Positions 10,048 through 20,462 of a stretch of 64,000 bases of DNA are shown piece after piece. The stretch's first letter is position 1. Each line of letters opens with the position of its first letter. The position numbers and the translations under genes were made by a program. The notes under the pieces are model-generated. The model saw only the letters and a program-made list of their open reading frames with translations. It was not told where the DNA came from and did not search any database. This stretch comes from an uncultured Bacillales bacterium (GTDB lineage Bacteria; Bacillota_I; Bacilli_A; RF39; UBA660): positions 4,261 to 68,260 of the forward strand of contig CATLHA010000004.1 in the NCBI GenBank assembly GCA_949948745.1, in the 5' to 3' direction.

Positions 10048-10075
10048 AAAACTCATCCCATAAGAGATGAGTTTT
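10048..10075 (+). terminator. Intrinsic terminator
   Basis: aaaactcatc-ccataaga-gatgagtttt hairpin. Confidence 0.65.
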
Positions 10076-10171
10076 CGTTATAAAAAATATTTCTTAACTT
10101 TACGTAAACCTTAGATAATCTAACTAAGTCTCCTTTTTTTCATGCTATAATAGATATGTGGAAGTGGGACT

Positions 10172-11230
10172 ATGCAAAATATATATAACTTAACATTAAA
10201 AGATTTAGAAAACTACTTTGTAGAACAAGGAGATAAAAAGTTTCGAGGAACTCAAGTTTTTGAATGGTTGTATCGTAAAAAGGTAAAATCATTTAAAGAA
10301 ATGACAAATTTAAAAAAAGAGTTGTTAGAAAAATTTGAGCAAAATTTTGAAATGAAAACTATTCAGATTACAAAGGTAGAAAGAGATATCGATGTAGAAA
10401 AATATTTGTTTGAACTAAAAGATCATGAAAAAGTCGAAGCTGTTTTGATGAATCATGACTATGGAAATAGTGTCTGTATATCAACTCAAGTAGGATGTAA
10501 TATGGGATGCAAATTCTGTGAGAGTGGCAGATTAAAAAAAATTAGAAATCTAGAAACCCATGAGATGATAGAACAGATTCTTACGATAGAAGAAGAATGT
10601 GGAAAAAGAATTAGTCATGTTGTAGTTATGGGAATTGGAGAACCATTTGATAACTATGACAATCTAGTAAGATTCATTGAAATTATCAATAATGATCATG
10701 GAATAGCATTAGGAAGTAGACACATTACAGTATCTACTTGTGGAGTTGTTCCTAAAATTATAGAATTTTCTAACCTTCCATACCAAGTAAATTTAGCGAT
10801 TAGTCTTCATGCACCAAATAATGAACTTAGAAATCAAATTATGCCAATTAATAAAGCATATCCATTAGAAATACTAATAGATACTTTAAAAAAATATATA
10901 GAAAAGACTAATCGAAGAGTAACATTTGAATATATATTACTGAAGGATGTAAATGATCAAAAACAACAAGCAAAGGAATTAGCAGAACTAGTTCGAGGAA
11001 TGAATTGTTATATCAATTTAATTCCATATAATGAAACAAATAATATTGCATTTAAAAGAAGTAAACAAGAGACGATTTTAGAATTTTATGATATACTAAA
11101 GAAAAATAGGATAAACGTAACAATTCGTAGAGAATTTGGTTCCAAAATCAGTGCAGCATGTGGACAACTAAGGAGTAAAAAGGAGGACGAAGATGAAATC
11201 ATTTTGCATGACAGACACAGGGAAAGTTAG
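10172..11230 (+). CDS. rlmN: Dual-specificity 23S rRNA/tRNA m2A methyltransferase (radical SAM)
   Basis: CNMGCKFC CxxxCxxC, MGIGEP, SLHA, AACGQL. Confidence 0.96.
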   Translation: MQNIYNLTLKDLENYFVEQGDKKFRGTQVFEWLYRKKVKSFKEMTNLKKELLEKFEQNFEMKTIQITKVERDIDVEKYLFELKDHEKVEAVLMNHDYGNSVCISTQVGCNMGCKFCESGRLKKIRNLETHEMIEQILTIEEECGKRISHVVVMGIGEPFDNYDNLVRFIEIINNDHGIALGSRHITVSTCGVVPKIIEFSNLPYQVNLAISLHAPNNELRNQIMPINKAYPLEILIDTLKKYIEKTNRRVTFEYILLKDVNDQKQQAKELAELVRGMNCYINLIPYNETNNIAFKRSKQETILEFYDILKKNRINVTIRREFGSKISAACGQLRSKKEDEDEIILHDRHRES

Positions 11231-11939
11231 AGAACATAATGAAGATAGCGTAATTGTAGTTAGAAATAAAAATAATGATTATTTATTAGCAGTTGCAGAT
11301 GGAATGGGTGGACACTCTGCAGGAGAAGTAGCTTCATCTATCGCAATTAGTTATTTAGGAAAACATTTCCAAGAAACATTTATCGATATGGATAAAGATA
11401 AAGCAATTGAATGGCTTAGAAATTCAGCAACTGAAATCAATCGGATGATTCTAAATTACGCAGATGAACATCCAGAAAGTAAAGGAATGGGTTCTACTTT
11501 AGTTGTTGGAATCTGTACAAAATACTACATTCTATTTGGAAATATTGGAGATTCCAGCGGATTTGCGATGAAAAATAATAAATTACATAAAGTAACTTAT
11601 GACCATACACTAGTAAATTTACTAGTTACAGCTGGAGAGTTAACCAAAGAAGAAGCAAAAAATCACCCAAAGAAGAATGTTTTAATGAAAGCATTAGGTG
11701 CGACAACCTCAATTGATATTGATATTTTTGATTGTGATATGGATGTAAGTGAAATTTTTCTATGCAGTGATGGATTAACCAATATGTTAGAGGAAGATCA
11801 AATACAAAAAGTATTATTAAGTGATGAAACTATAGAAGATAAAGTAAATAGATTAATATCAAAAGCAAATAACAGAGGAGGATTAGACAATATTTCTATT
11901 GCGTATCTAATTAGAAATAAAGAAGGTGAAGAGGAATGA
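11193..11939 (+). CDS. prpC: PP2C-type Ser/Thr phosphatase (Stp1/PrpC)
   Basis: NED, VADGMGGH, GDS, LCSDGL, GGLDNI. Confidence 0.95.
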   Translation: MKSFCMTDTGKVREHNEDSVIVVRNKNNDYLLAVADGMGGHSAGEVASSIAISYLGKHFQETFIDMDKDKAIEWLRNSATEINRMILNYADEHPESKGMGSTLVVGICTKYYILFGNIGDSSGFAMKNNKLHKVTYDHTLVNLLVTAGELTKEEAKNHPKKNVLMKALGATTSIDIDIFDCDMDVSEIFLCSDGLTNMLEEDQIQKVLLSDETIEDKVNRLISKANNRGGLDNISIAYLIRNKEGEEE

Positions 11940-13744
11940 TAGAAAAGGGGCAGAAAATTAATGATCGTTATGAAATCATTAAAAATATTGGTGAAGGTGG
12001 TATGGCCAATGTTTATCTAGCCTATGATACTATTCTAGATCGTCGTGTTGCGATTAAAGTATTACGTGGAGATTTATCAAATGATGAAAAATTTGTTCGT
12101 CGTTTTCAGCGTGAAGCTTTATCTGCTTCTTCTCTTTCTCATCCTAATATTGTAGAAATGTATGATGTGGGAGAAGACGATGGGATTTATTATATTGTAA
12201 TGGAGTATATTGAAGGAAAAACTCTAAAACAATTAATAAAGAAAAGAGGAAGTATTACAATTAGTGAAGCAATTGATATCATGCTTCAATTAACAGATGG
12301 AATTTCTCATGCTCATGATAGTTATATTATTCATAGGGATTTAAAACCACAAAACATCCTAATTAAAGAAGACGGAACAATTAAAATTACAGATTTTGGA
12401 ATTGCTATGGCTTTAAATAGTACACAATTAACACAAACAAATTCTGTCATGGGTTCTGTACATTATCTACCTCCAGAGCAAGCAAGCGGAAAAGGTTCAA
12501 CAATTCGTAGTGATATATATTCTATGGGAATTTTATTTTATGAGCTACTAACAGGTAGCTTACCATTTAAAGGGGATAATGCTGTAGAAATCGCTTTAAA
12601 ACAAATGAGAGATGATATTCCAAGTATTAGAAAGAAAAATCCAGTAATTCCACAAAGTGTAGAAAATGTAGTGTTAAAGGCAACAGCGAAAAATCCTAAA
12701 AATCGTTATACGGATGCAAAAGAAATGCATGCGGATTTATTAACTGTTTTAAATGACGAAAGAATGGAAGAAAAAAGGATTGAATTCAAATACCCAGAAC
12801 ACGAAGTTGATGATAATACAAGAAACATTACTACTGTAAAAAAGAAAACAGAAGAAAAAATAAAAGAAAAGCCAAAAGAAGAAGAGGAACCAAAAGAAGA
12901 GTTAGAAGATACAGAAGAAAGCGAAGAAATTATAGAAGAAGACCAAATGGTAAAAAGAACAAATATCATCATTTGGGTACTAACAGGAATCTTTTCAGTA
13001 GCAGTAATTGCGATTGTTAGTATTTTCTTAATCATCCCTTATTTTACAAAGACTCCAGATATAGAAATTCCAGATGTTTCGACTTTAACTGTAGTAGAGG
13101 CCGAAACTAAATTAAAAGAAAAAGGTTTTGAAGTAGCTTTAGAAACAGAGAAAGAAGAAAGTAGTACAATTGAAAAAGGCTCTGTAATAAAGACTTCTCC
13201 AGTAGCTGGAAGAAAAGTAAAAAAAGGAAGTACAATTACAATTTATGAATCTACTGGTCAAATTTCATACGTAGTAGAAGATTATACTGGAAAAAATTAT
13301 ATTGAAGTAAAGACAGAACTAGAGAAAGTTTACAAACTAGTTGTAGAAATTAAAGAAAAAGACAGTGATAATGAAGAGTACAAAGAACAACAAATTATTG
13401 ATCAAAGTGTAGAACCAGGTACTACTTTGGTAAAAGGCGATTCCATTACATTATATATTCCAACTGCAGATGAAGGATATCCAAATATGGTAGATGATGG
13501 ATGGACATTAGATGATGTAAAAGCATTCTGTGATAAGTATAATATTAAATTAACAGTGGATTATTCACCAACAACACAATATCCAGAAGGTACATTACTT
13601 TCCCAATCTAGAACACCAAAAACACCAATTGTAGAAAATAGTACATTGAAAGTAACAATCGCACAAGAACCAACGACGACACCAACACCAAGTCCAAGTC
13701 AAACACCAGAACCATCGGATAATAGTTCAAGTACAAATGAGTAA
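11936..13744 (+). CDS. prkC: PASTA-domain Ser/Thr kinase (Stk1/PrkC)
   Basis: GEGGMA, VAIK, HRDLKPQN, DFG, TM helix, three PASTA-like repeats, TP-rich tail. Confidence 0.96.
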   Translation: MIEKGQKINDRYEIIKNIGEGGMANVYLAYDTILDRRVAIKVLRGDLSNDEKFVRRFQREALSASSLSHPNIVEMYDVGEDDGIYYIVMEYIEGKTLKQLIKKRGSITISEAIDIMLQLTDGISHAHDSYIIHRDLKPQNILIKEDGTIKITDFGIAMALNSTQLTQTNSVMGSVHYLPPEQASGKGSTIRSDIYSMGILFYELLTGSLPFKGDNAVEIALKQMRDDIPSIRKKNPVIPQSVENVVLKATAKNPKNRYTDAKEMHADLLTVLNDERMEEKRIEFKYPEHEVDDNTRNITTVKKKTEEKIKEKPKEEEEPKEELEDTEESEEIIEEDQMVKRTNIIIWVLTGIFSVAVIAIVSIFLIIPYFTKTPDIEIPDVSTLTVVEAETKLKEKGFEVALETEKEESSTIEKGSVIKTSPVAGRKVKKGSTITIYESTGQISYVVEDYTGKNYIEVKTELEKVYKLVVEIKEKDSDNEEYKEQQIIDQSVEPGTTLVKGDSITLYIPTADEGYPNMVDDGWTLDDVKAFCDKYNIKLTVDYSPTTQYPEGTLLSQSRTPKTPIVENSTLKVTIAQEPTTTPTPSPSQTPEPSDNSSSTNE

Positions 13745-13764
13745 AAAATATACATGGGGGTCTT

Positions 13765-14595
13765 ATGCAAGGACAAATTGTAAAAATATTAAGTAATTTA
13801 TATACAGTTTCTAGTGAAAAGGGGAGTTTTGAATGTCATTCTAGAGGAAAATTTAGAAATGACAAGATTACTCCCCTTGTTGGGGACTATGTCAAATTTG
13901 ATGAAAAAAATTGTTATATTCTAGAAATCCTACCAAGAAAAAATTCACTAGTTAGACCACTGGTCAGTAATGTTGATCAGGGGCTAATCGTAAGTAGTGT
14001 AAAACATCCTGATTTTTCATCAAATTTATTAGATAAATTGATTACAACACTAGAGTATCACAGTATTGAACCAATTTTGTGTTTTACAAAATGGGATTTA
14101 TTAAATGAAGAAGAAACAAAAAAAATGGAAAATATCTGTAATTATTATGAAAAAATAGGATATACCGTTGTAAAAAATATAGAAATAGAAAAAATTAAAA
14201 ATTTATTAAACGGGAAGACGACAGTATTTACTGGACAAACAGGTGCAGGAAAATCAAGTTTGATGAATAAATTGGATGAAAATTTACATTTAGAAACTGG
14301 TGAAATTTCCGAAGCTCTTGGCAGAGGAAAGCACACAACAAGACATGTAGAACTCTTAGAAATGTATGGTGGAAAAGTATTAGATACTCCAGGTTTTTCT
14401 TCCATTGATTTTAGTGATTTAACAAAAGAAGATATTAGAAATACATTTATTGAGTTCTTCGAATATCCTTGCCCATTTCGTGATTGCATGCATCAAAATG
14501 AAAAAGAATGTGAAGTTAAAAAAAATGTGGAAAATGGGAATATCTTAAAGTCTAGATATGAAAATTATATTAAATTTATAAATCCAAAACGTTAA
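13765..14595 (+). CDS. rsgA: Ribosome small subunit-dependent GTPase
   Basis: TKWD, GQTGAGKS, GKHTT, DTPG, C-terminal CPFRDCMH...C Zn finger. Confidence 0.96.
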   Translation: MQGQIVKILSNLYTVSSEKGSFECHSRGKFRNDKITPLVGDYVKFDEKNCYILEILPRKNSLVRPLVSNVDQGLIVSSVKHPDFSSNLLDKLITTLEYHSIEPILCFTKWDLLNEEETKKMENICNYYEKIGYTVVKNIEIEKIKNLLNGKTTVFTGQTGAGKSSLMNKLDENLHLETGEISEALGRGKHTTRHVELLEMYGGKVLDTPGFSSIDFSDLTKEDIRNTFIEFFEYPCPFRDCMHQNEKECEVKKNVENGNILKSRYENYIKFINPKR

Positions 14596-14607
14596 GGAGG
14601 AATTTCA

Positions 14608-15246
14608 ATGAAAATAGCGGCTTCTTTTCTTTCATGCCCTAAAATAAAACCTGCGATAGAAAAATTATCTTTAACAGATGTTGAATACATCCATATAGAT
14701 TTAGTAGATGGAACATTAAACAAAGGAAGAAAAATACCACTTAGAAAGCTAAAAAAGATATATAAATATACCAGTAAACCACTAGATGTACATTTAATGG
14801 TTAAAAAGCCAAAAAAATATATTAAAACTTTTGCATCCTTAAATACAGAAACAATTACATTTCCAATAGAAATAGAAAATGGGATAGAAGCAAATATTGA
14901 TTTAATTCATAGTTATGGAATAAAATGTGGTATTGCGATAAACCATGATACAGAGATATCAAGATTAAAACCATTTTTAGATAAAATAGATTCAGTTCTT
15001 GTAATGTCAATCATTCCTGGATATGGTGGACAAAAGTTTATTGAAGAAACTCCTAAGAAAATATCTACACTTCAAAATATGATTAAGAAAATGAAATTAA
15101 ATATTTCAGTTTGTGTAGATGGAGGAATTAACAACGAGACAGTAAAATTAATAAAAAATGTAAATATGATTGTGGTAGGTAGTTATATAACAAATAGTAA
15201 TGATTATCAAAAACAAGTAGATATGATAAGGAAAAGTATAAAGTAA
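14608..15246 (+). CDS. rpe: Ribulose-phosphate 3-epimerase
   Basis: HIDLVDG, DVHLMV, PGYGGQKF, VDGGIN; conserved position after rsgA. Confidence 0.9.
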   Translation: MKIAASFLSCPKIKPAIEKLSLTDVEYIHIDLVDGTLNKGRKIPLRKLKKIYKYTSKPLDVHLMVKKPKKYIKTFASLNTETITFPIEIENGIEANIDLIHSYGIKCGIAINHDTEISRLKPFLDKIDSVLVMSIIPGYGGQKFIEETPKKISTLQNMIKKMKLNISVCVDGGINNETVKLIKNVNMIVVGSYITNSNDYQKQVDMIRKSIK

Positions 15247-15279
15247 AAGGAGAGAATTCATCATGAATCTCTCCTTTTT
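15245..15279. terminator. Bidirectional intrinsic terminator between rpe and rpmB
   Basis: aaaaggagaga...tctctcctttt inverted repeat. Confidence 0.75.
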
Positions 15280-15310
15280 AATAATCTGTTTATAAAAAAA
15301 TAAGTGATTA

Positions 15311-15535
15311 TTATTCACTTACTTCTGTTTGTACTTCTACTTCTGTTTGTACTTCCTCAGCTACTTTTTGATTTTTTCTAGAAGTTCTGATTTCTCTAGC
15401 ACTAAGTCTTACTTTAGTACCATCTTCTAAAGTAACAACTTGAAGATTAACTCCTTGTTTTTTCTTAGTAGTATTTAAAGCATGAGAACGTTTATTTCCA
15501 AATAAAGGTTTTTTATTAGATACTTTAACTGGCAT
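15311..15535 (-). CDS. rpmB: 50S ribosomal protein L28 (Cys-free type, acidic C-terminal extension)
   Basis: GNKRSHALNTTKKKQGVNLQ; start MPVKV after AAGGAGG SD; convergent after rpe as in Bacillus. Confidence 0.9.
   Translation of the reverse strand: MPVKVSNKKPLFGNKRSHALNTTKKKQGVNLQVVTLEDGTKVRLSAREIRTSRKNQKVAEEVQTEVEVQTEVSE
15320..15355. repeat. Perfect 18-bp tandem repeat (2 copies) encoding EVQTEV x2 in the L28 tail
   Basis: tacttctgtttgtacttc at 15320-15337 and 15338-15355. Confidence 0.9.
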
Positions 15536-15649
15536 TTGTAATTCCTCCTTTTTTAATCCATAATTAACTTGCGCTTTTAACTTTATCATAGTTTCTATGT
15601 AATGTCAAATGAATTAAAAGAAAATCCTAAAAATAAGGGCATTTTTATA

Positions 15650-16432
15650 CTATTTTATTACTTTGTCTAACATCTTTTGGCTAGTTTCTTCTTGTCTTTT
15701 CCAATAATCAAGAAATAAATCAGAATAAGAAAAATAATATCTTTCTTTAATTGAATTAATCATCTTCATAAGATTGATTTCTTTTACTTGGCGAAGATAA
15801 ACTAAAAACTCAGGGTAGTTTTCTAAAAAGTTAGGGAAATTTTTATGGTCTAGGTTATAAAATGGATTTTCATAGGTAAAAAATAAAGTAGAATCACCTT
15901 CATGAAAAGAATCAGAATAATCATACATAGGAGAGAAATATAAATCCTTATTTTCCTTTAATAACATGCAATTACAATCAGCACGATCTTTTTGCCTCAT
16001 ATAAAGATCAATTGCGAAGGTCTGATATAAATCTACTAAAAATTTCTTTTTTGCTTCCTTACTTTTTGATTGATTTAAAAAAAAGGGAATAAAGTCAGAG
16101 GTATTCGTATATCTCTTTCCTTTCCTATAAAGAATATTCCATTTAAAATCATTAGGATAACATTCTCCATCTATATCAAAAGAATAAGAACCTAGAAAAT
16201 CACAATTATCCTTTTTTGTTAAAAAGTAGTGAATACTCTCTCTGCCCATAAAAGTTGCAATTTCTTCCCCTAATAGTTCTTGAAATCTAAAGGGTTTTGT
16301 GTGGATATTTTTATCAATTAGGTTAAATATATGTATAGGTGTATCCACTGTTTTAATATCGGATAATGATGTATAGTAAATAAGATTAGGCATATTTAAA
16401 GAAACAAAGCCACCTTCAGTCATGATTTTCAT
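15650..16432 (-). CDS. HipA/CtkA-like atypical kinase
   Basis: K...ELLGEEIA (beta3 Lys / helix-C Glu), IDLYMRQKDRADCN catalytic loop, FSPMYDYS; GGGGG SD and TGGTATAAT promoter. Confidence 0.65.
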   Translation of the reverse strand: MKIMTEGGFVSLNMPNLIYYTSLSDIKTVDTPIHIFNLIDKNIHTKPFRFQELLGEEIATFMGRESIHYFLTKKDNCDFLGSYSFDIDGECYPNDFKWNILYRKGKRYTNTSDFIPFFLNQSKSKEAKKKFLVDLYQTFAIDLYMRQKDRADCNCMLLKENKDLYFSPMYDYSDSFHEGDSTLFFTYENPFYNLDHKNFPNFLENYPEFLVYLRQVKEINLMKMINSIKERYYFSYSDLFLDYWKRQEETSQKMLDKVIK

Positions 16433-16528
16433 ATGATTCATCCCCCAAAATAATGTGCCTATTATACCATAAATTTATAGAGAAGTACATATTTTTATGG
16501 TAATATATAAATAGAAGGAGGAGATAAA

Positions 16529-19483
16529 ATGTATACACCACTTTATGTAAAGACGAATTATTCATTGCTTTCAAGTTTAATTAAAATTGATGACTTGATT
16601 GAATTTTGTCTCCAACATAATATAAAATCCATTGCTATCACGGATTCTAATCTTTTTGGTATGATGGAATTTTATAAAAAATGTAATAAAAATAGTATTC
16701 ACCCAGTGATCGGATTAGAAATAACTTTAGAAAATAGTATAATCTTATTATATGCGAAAAATTATAAGGGATATCAAAGTTTAATTAAACTATCTACCAT
16801 TCAAAGTGAAAGACAAGTAACAATAGACGATATTAAGAACAACAGCCAAGAAATATTATGTATTATTCCATTTGAATATAAAGAGTTATTAAATACAATT
16901 AGAAATATTGTTTCAGAAATATATTTGGGATATAAAAATAAAGAAGAAGAACGTATTGTAAGATTAGATACCAAAAATGTAGTGTTCTTAAGAGAAGTAC
17001 AATATATTAAGAAAGAAGAGGAGCCATATCTAAAATATCTATTTATGATTAGAGATGGAAAAACAATCGCAGATTTTATAGAATACGATACAGAGAATAA
17101 AGAATTAGAGCTTGATAATATTTATAACTATTCTAGTAATGAAGGTCTCTTTGAAACAACAGAATTTTCTAGAAAATGTAATTTTGAATTTCCGAAATCA
17201 GAATTATTATTACCAATTTTTGATACAAAGGATAAAGGAACCCCTATTGAATATTTAACATCTCTTACACAAACAGGATTACTAAAAAGATTAAATAATC
17301 AAGTTCCAAAAGAATATCAAACAAGACTAGCTTATGAACTTGAGATTATTGAAAAAATGGGATTTTCAAATTATTTTTTAGTGGTATATGATTTTATAAA
17401 ATACGCAAAGAAAAACAAAATATTAGTTGGCCCTGGAAGAGGGAGTGGAGCAGGATCTTTGGTGTGTTATTCGATTGGAATTACAGACTTAGATCCAATT
17501 AAATATGATCTTTTATTTGAAAGATTTTTAAATCCAGAAAGAATCAGTATGCCAGATATAGATACCGACTTTCCAGATATTTATAGGGATCAAGTAATTG
17601 AATATGTAACAAATAAGTATGGGAGTAAGAAAGTATCGGGAATTGTCACTTTTGGGACACTTGCAGCAAAACAAGCAATTAGAGATGTTTCTAGAGTACT
17701 CAATGTACCAGGATATCAAGTGGATCAAGTGTCAAAAAGAATACCATCTTTTACAAAGAAAAAACTTATGGACTTTTATCAAGAAGATCCAGAATTCAAA
17801 AGATTAATTACATCTGATGAAAAATTAAAGCAGATGTTAAAAATTGCAAATATCATCGAGGGATTTCCAAGACATACATCTTCTCATGCAGCAGGAATTG
17901 TCATGTGTCAAAAAGATTTAGACGAAGTAGTTCCATTAACCAAAAATGATGGAATTTATTTAACAGGATTTACGATGGAATACTTAGAAGAATTAGGCCT
18001 ATTAAAAATGGACTTTTTGGGACTTAGAACTTTGACAACCATCATGAGAATTATAAATGACATCAAAGAAGGAGAAGGAAAAGAAATTGATTTTAATACT
18101 ATTCCACTAGATGATCAAAATGTGCTAGAGATATTTAGAAAAGCAGATACAACAGGAATCTTTCAATTTGAAAGTGATGGTATGAGAAGTTTTTTAAGAA
18201 GATTAGAACCCTCTACTTTTGAAGATATCTTTGCGGCAATTGCATTATTTAGACCGGGACCTGCAATTAACATAGATTCTTATATTCGAAGAAAAAATAA
18301 TCAGGAAGAAATCACTTACTTAGATAAATCCTTAGAACCAATTTTAAAAAGTACCAAAGGAATTATTATTTATCAGGAACAAATTATGCAAATTGCATCA
18401 AGTTTTGCAGGATATACCTTAGGAGAAGCAGATATTTTAAGGCGCGCAATGAGTAAGAAAAAAATGGATGTCTTAAAAAGTGAAGAAGAAAGATTTATGG
18501 AACGTAGCATCAAACGGGGACACAGCGAAGAAACTTCTAAGAAAATATTTGATTTAATTTTGAATTTTGCCAATTATGGTTTTAATCGTTCCCATTCTGT
18601 TGCTTATTCTTTAATTGCATATAAAATGGCTTACTTAAAATATTATTATCCAAAATATTTTTATAGTAATTTACTAACTTCTGTGATAGGAAGTGAAACA
18701 AAAACAAAAGAATATATCAACGAAATAAAATCTCTTGGAATAGAAATATTAAAGCCATGTATTAATCGTAGTAATAAAACTTATATTGTAGAAAAAGATG
18801 GAATTCGTTACCCACTTTCTGCAATTAAAAATATTGGAGTAGTCAGCGTAGAAGCAATTCTAAAAAATAGACAGGAACCATATCAGGATATTTTCGATTT
18901 TCTATCAAGAACAGCAAGTCGTGGAATTACAAGAAAAGTAATAGAATCTTTAATTGATGCAGGATGCTTAGACTTATTTGGATATAATCATCAGACATTA
19001 CAACATAATCTAGATAGTATTATGACTTATGCAGATTTAACCAAAGACTTAGACCCTGAATTCGTTTTAAAACCAGAAATAGAAGTTATAGAGGAATATC
19101 CAAAAGATTATTTAATTCAAAAAGAAAAAGAATTATTTGGTTTATATTTAAGTAATCATCCAGTAACAAACTATAAAGCGAAATATAAAGATATTATTTC
19201 TCTAAATCAAATTAAAGATTTCTTTAATAAAAGAATAAATACAATTATTATGGTAGATAAAATAAAGACAATCAAGACAAGGAGCGGTACAGATATGATG
19301 TTTATTACAGGTAGTGATGAATATCAATCTTTAGACTTTACTGTATTTCCAAGAGTATATAACCGTTATATGGATTTAAATATCCAAAATGGTATGATTT
19401 TAAAAATTACAGGAATCGTAGAAAAAAGATATAATGATTTTCAAGTAGTAGTTGATGTCATAGAATCGCTAAATAAAAATTAG
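16529..19483 (+). CDS. dnaE: DNA polymerase III alpha subunit (DnaE)
   Basis: PGRGSGAGS, PDIDTD, KMDFLGL, YGFNRSHS, C-terminal OB fold. Confidence 0.97.
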   Translation: MYTPLYVKTNYSLLSSLIKIDDLIEFCLQHNIKSIAITDSNLFGMMEFYKKCNKNSIHPVIGLEITLENSIILLYAKNYKGYQSLIKLSTIQSERQVTIDDIKNNSQEILCIIPFEYKELLNTIRNIVSEIYLGYKNKEEERIVRLDTKNVVFLREVQYIKKEEEPYLKYLFMIRDGKTIADFIEYDTENKELELDNIYNYSSNEGLFETTEFSRKCNFEFPKSELLLPIFDTKDKGTPIEYLTSLTQTGLLKRLNNQVPKEYQTRLAYELEIIEKMGFSNYFLVVYDFIKYAKKNKILVGPGRGSGAGSLVCYSIGITDLDPIKYDLLFERFLNPERISMPDIDTDFPDIYRDQVIEYVTNKYGSKKVSGIVTFGTLAAKQAIRDVSRVLNVPGYQVDQVSKRIPSFTKKKLMDFYQEDPEFKRLITSDEKLKQMLKIANIIEGFPRHTSSHAAGIVMCQKDLDEVVPLTKNDGIYLTGFTMEYLEELGLLKMDFLGLRTLTTIMRIINDIKEGEGKEIDFNTIPLDDQNVLEIFRKADTTGIFQFESDGMRSFLRRLEPSTFEDIFAAIALFRPGPAINIDSYIRRKNNQEEITYLDKSLEPILKSTKGIIIYQEQIMQIASSFAGYTLGEADILRRAMSKKKMDVLKSEEERFMERSIKRGHSEETSKKIFDLILNFANYGFNRSHSVAYSLIAYKMAYLKYYYPKYFYSNLLTSVIGSETKTKEYINEIKSLGIEILKPCINRSNKTYIVEKDGIRYPLSAIKNIGVVSVEAILKNRQEPYQDIFDFLSRTASRGITRKVIESLIDAGCLDLFGYNHQTLQHNLDSIMTYADLTKDLDPEFVLKPEIEVIEEYPKDYLIQKEKELFGLYLSNHPVTNYKAKYKDIISLNQIKDFFNKRINTIIMVDKIKTIKTRSGTDMMFITGSDEYQSLDFTVFPRVYNRYMDLNIQNGMILKITGIVEKRYNDFQVVVDVIESLNKN

Positions 19484-19567
19484 TGGGGAAAATTAACAAG
19501 GATTATTTTCAAAAAAATATAAGTATGGTATATTTATATTATATAGGTAAATCGAGGGAGGGAACAT

Positions 19568-20410
19568 ATGAAATTAGAATTTCAAGTCAACGATTATTTA
19601 TTAACTTGGACACTATTATATGGAGCATCTATCTCTCAAAGAATTCATACATTTAAGCAAAAACTTTGGACGACATATAAAAAACAATATAATAGAAGCA
19701 CTAATGATAAAGATGAAATGCTAATGGATATAAAAAACTATCTGCCTAATGATGATATTTTATATAATTTAGTATTAGAGACAGAAATTTTCGAACAGTT
19801 AAAGGAAGAAACAGAAAAACATAGATTAGCGCTTATGAAAGTATGGGATCAAAATAAAAAAGAAGTTGTCAAAAATATTAATGATATTATAAGATTTCCA
19901 TTAAAAGCAAAATATGATATTGTTGTTCTTCATCCTAAGATGGATACTTATCTTTTATCAAATGAATGTAAATCAACAATTGGTTGGGGATTTAAAAATG
20001 ATTTAGAAGATGAATTAATGACCTTAACTAATATTGTTTATACAATTATAAAAACAGAAATGAGTGACTTTGAAAAAGAGTATAAAAAATATAAAGAAAT
20101 TATACAAGCTATTTTAGAATTAGCTATTCATAATGAGTTATATACAAGACTAAGTAAAAAATCAAACTACCTAGATGGGGACCCAACTTTAACATTCTTA
20201 AAAAGACAAATTTATCCATATTGGTTAATGTATCTTGGGTGTGAAAGGGAAGATATGACCCATTATATGATGCGTGATAAAGTAGCTTTTGATATTGAAA
20301 ACTATGTGGTAGAAACGCAACTAAAAAAAATAAACTTATATGAGTTTATAAAATTCTGTATTAAAAATCAGAAATATATTATTAGAATTAATAGCTTAGA
20401 AATAATATAA
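19568..20410 (+). CDS. Hypothetical protein between dnaE and polC
   Basis: 280-aa ORF, GAGGGAGG SD, TGGTATATT extended -10. Confidence 0.8.
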   Translation: MKLEFQVNDYLLTWTLLYGASISQRIHTFKQKLWTTYKKQYNRSTNDKDEMLMDIKNYLPNDDILYNLVLETEIFEQLKEETEKHRLALMKVWDQNKKEVVKNINDIIRFPLKAKYDIVVLHPKMDTYLLSNECKSTIGWGFKNDLEDELMTLTNIVYTIIKTEMSDFEKEYKKYKEIIQAILELAIHNELYTRLSKKSNYLDGDPTLTFLKRQIYPYWLMYLGCEREDMTHYMMRDKVAFDIENYVVETQLKKINLYEFIKFCIKNQKYIIRINSLEII

Positions 20411-20462
20411 CTAATAGATTTCAAATTTGAAATCTTTTTCATTCATGCAGGGGGAGTAGTAC

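Noticed and set aside
13670-13740. ACx/CCA-rich repeat-like DNA at the end of prkC
   Set aside because: It encodes an ordinary low-complexity T/P/S tail of PASTA kinases
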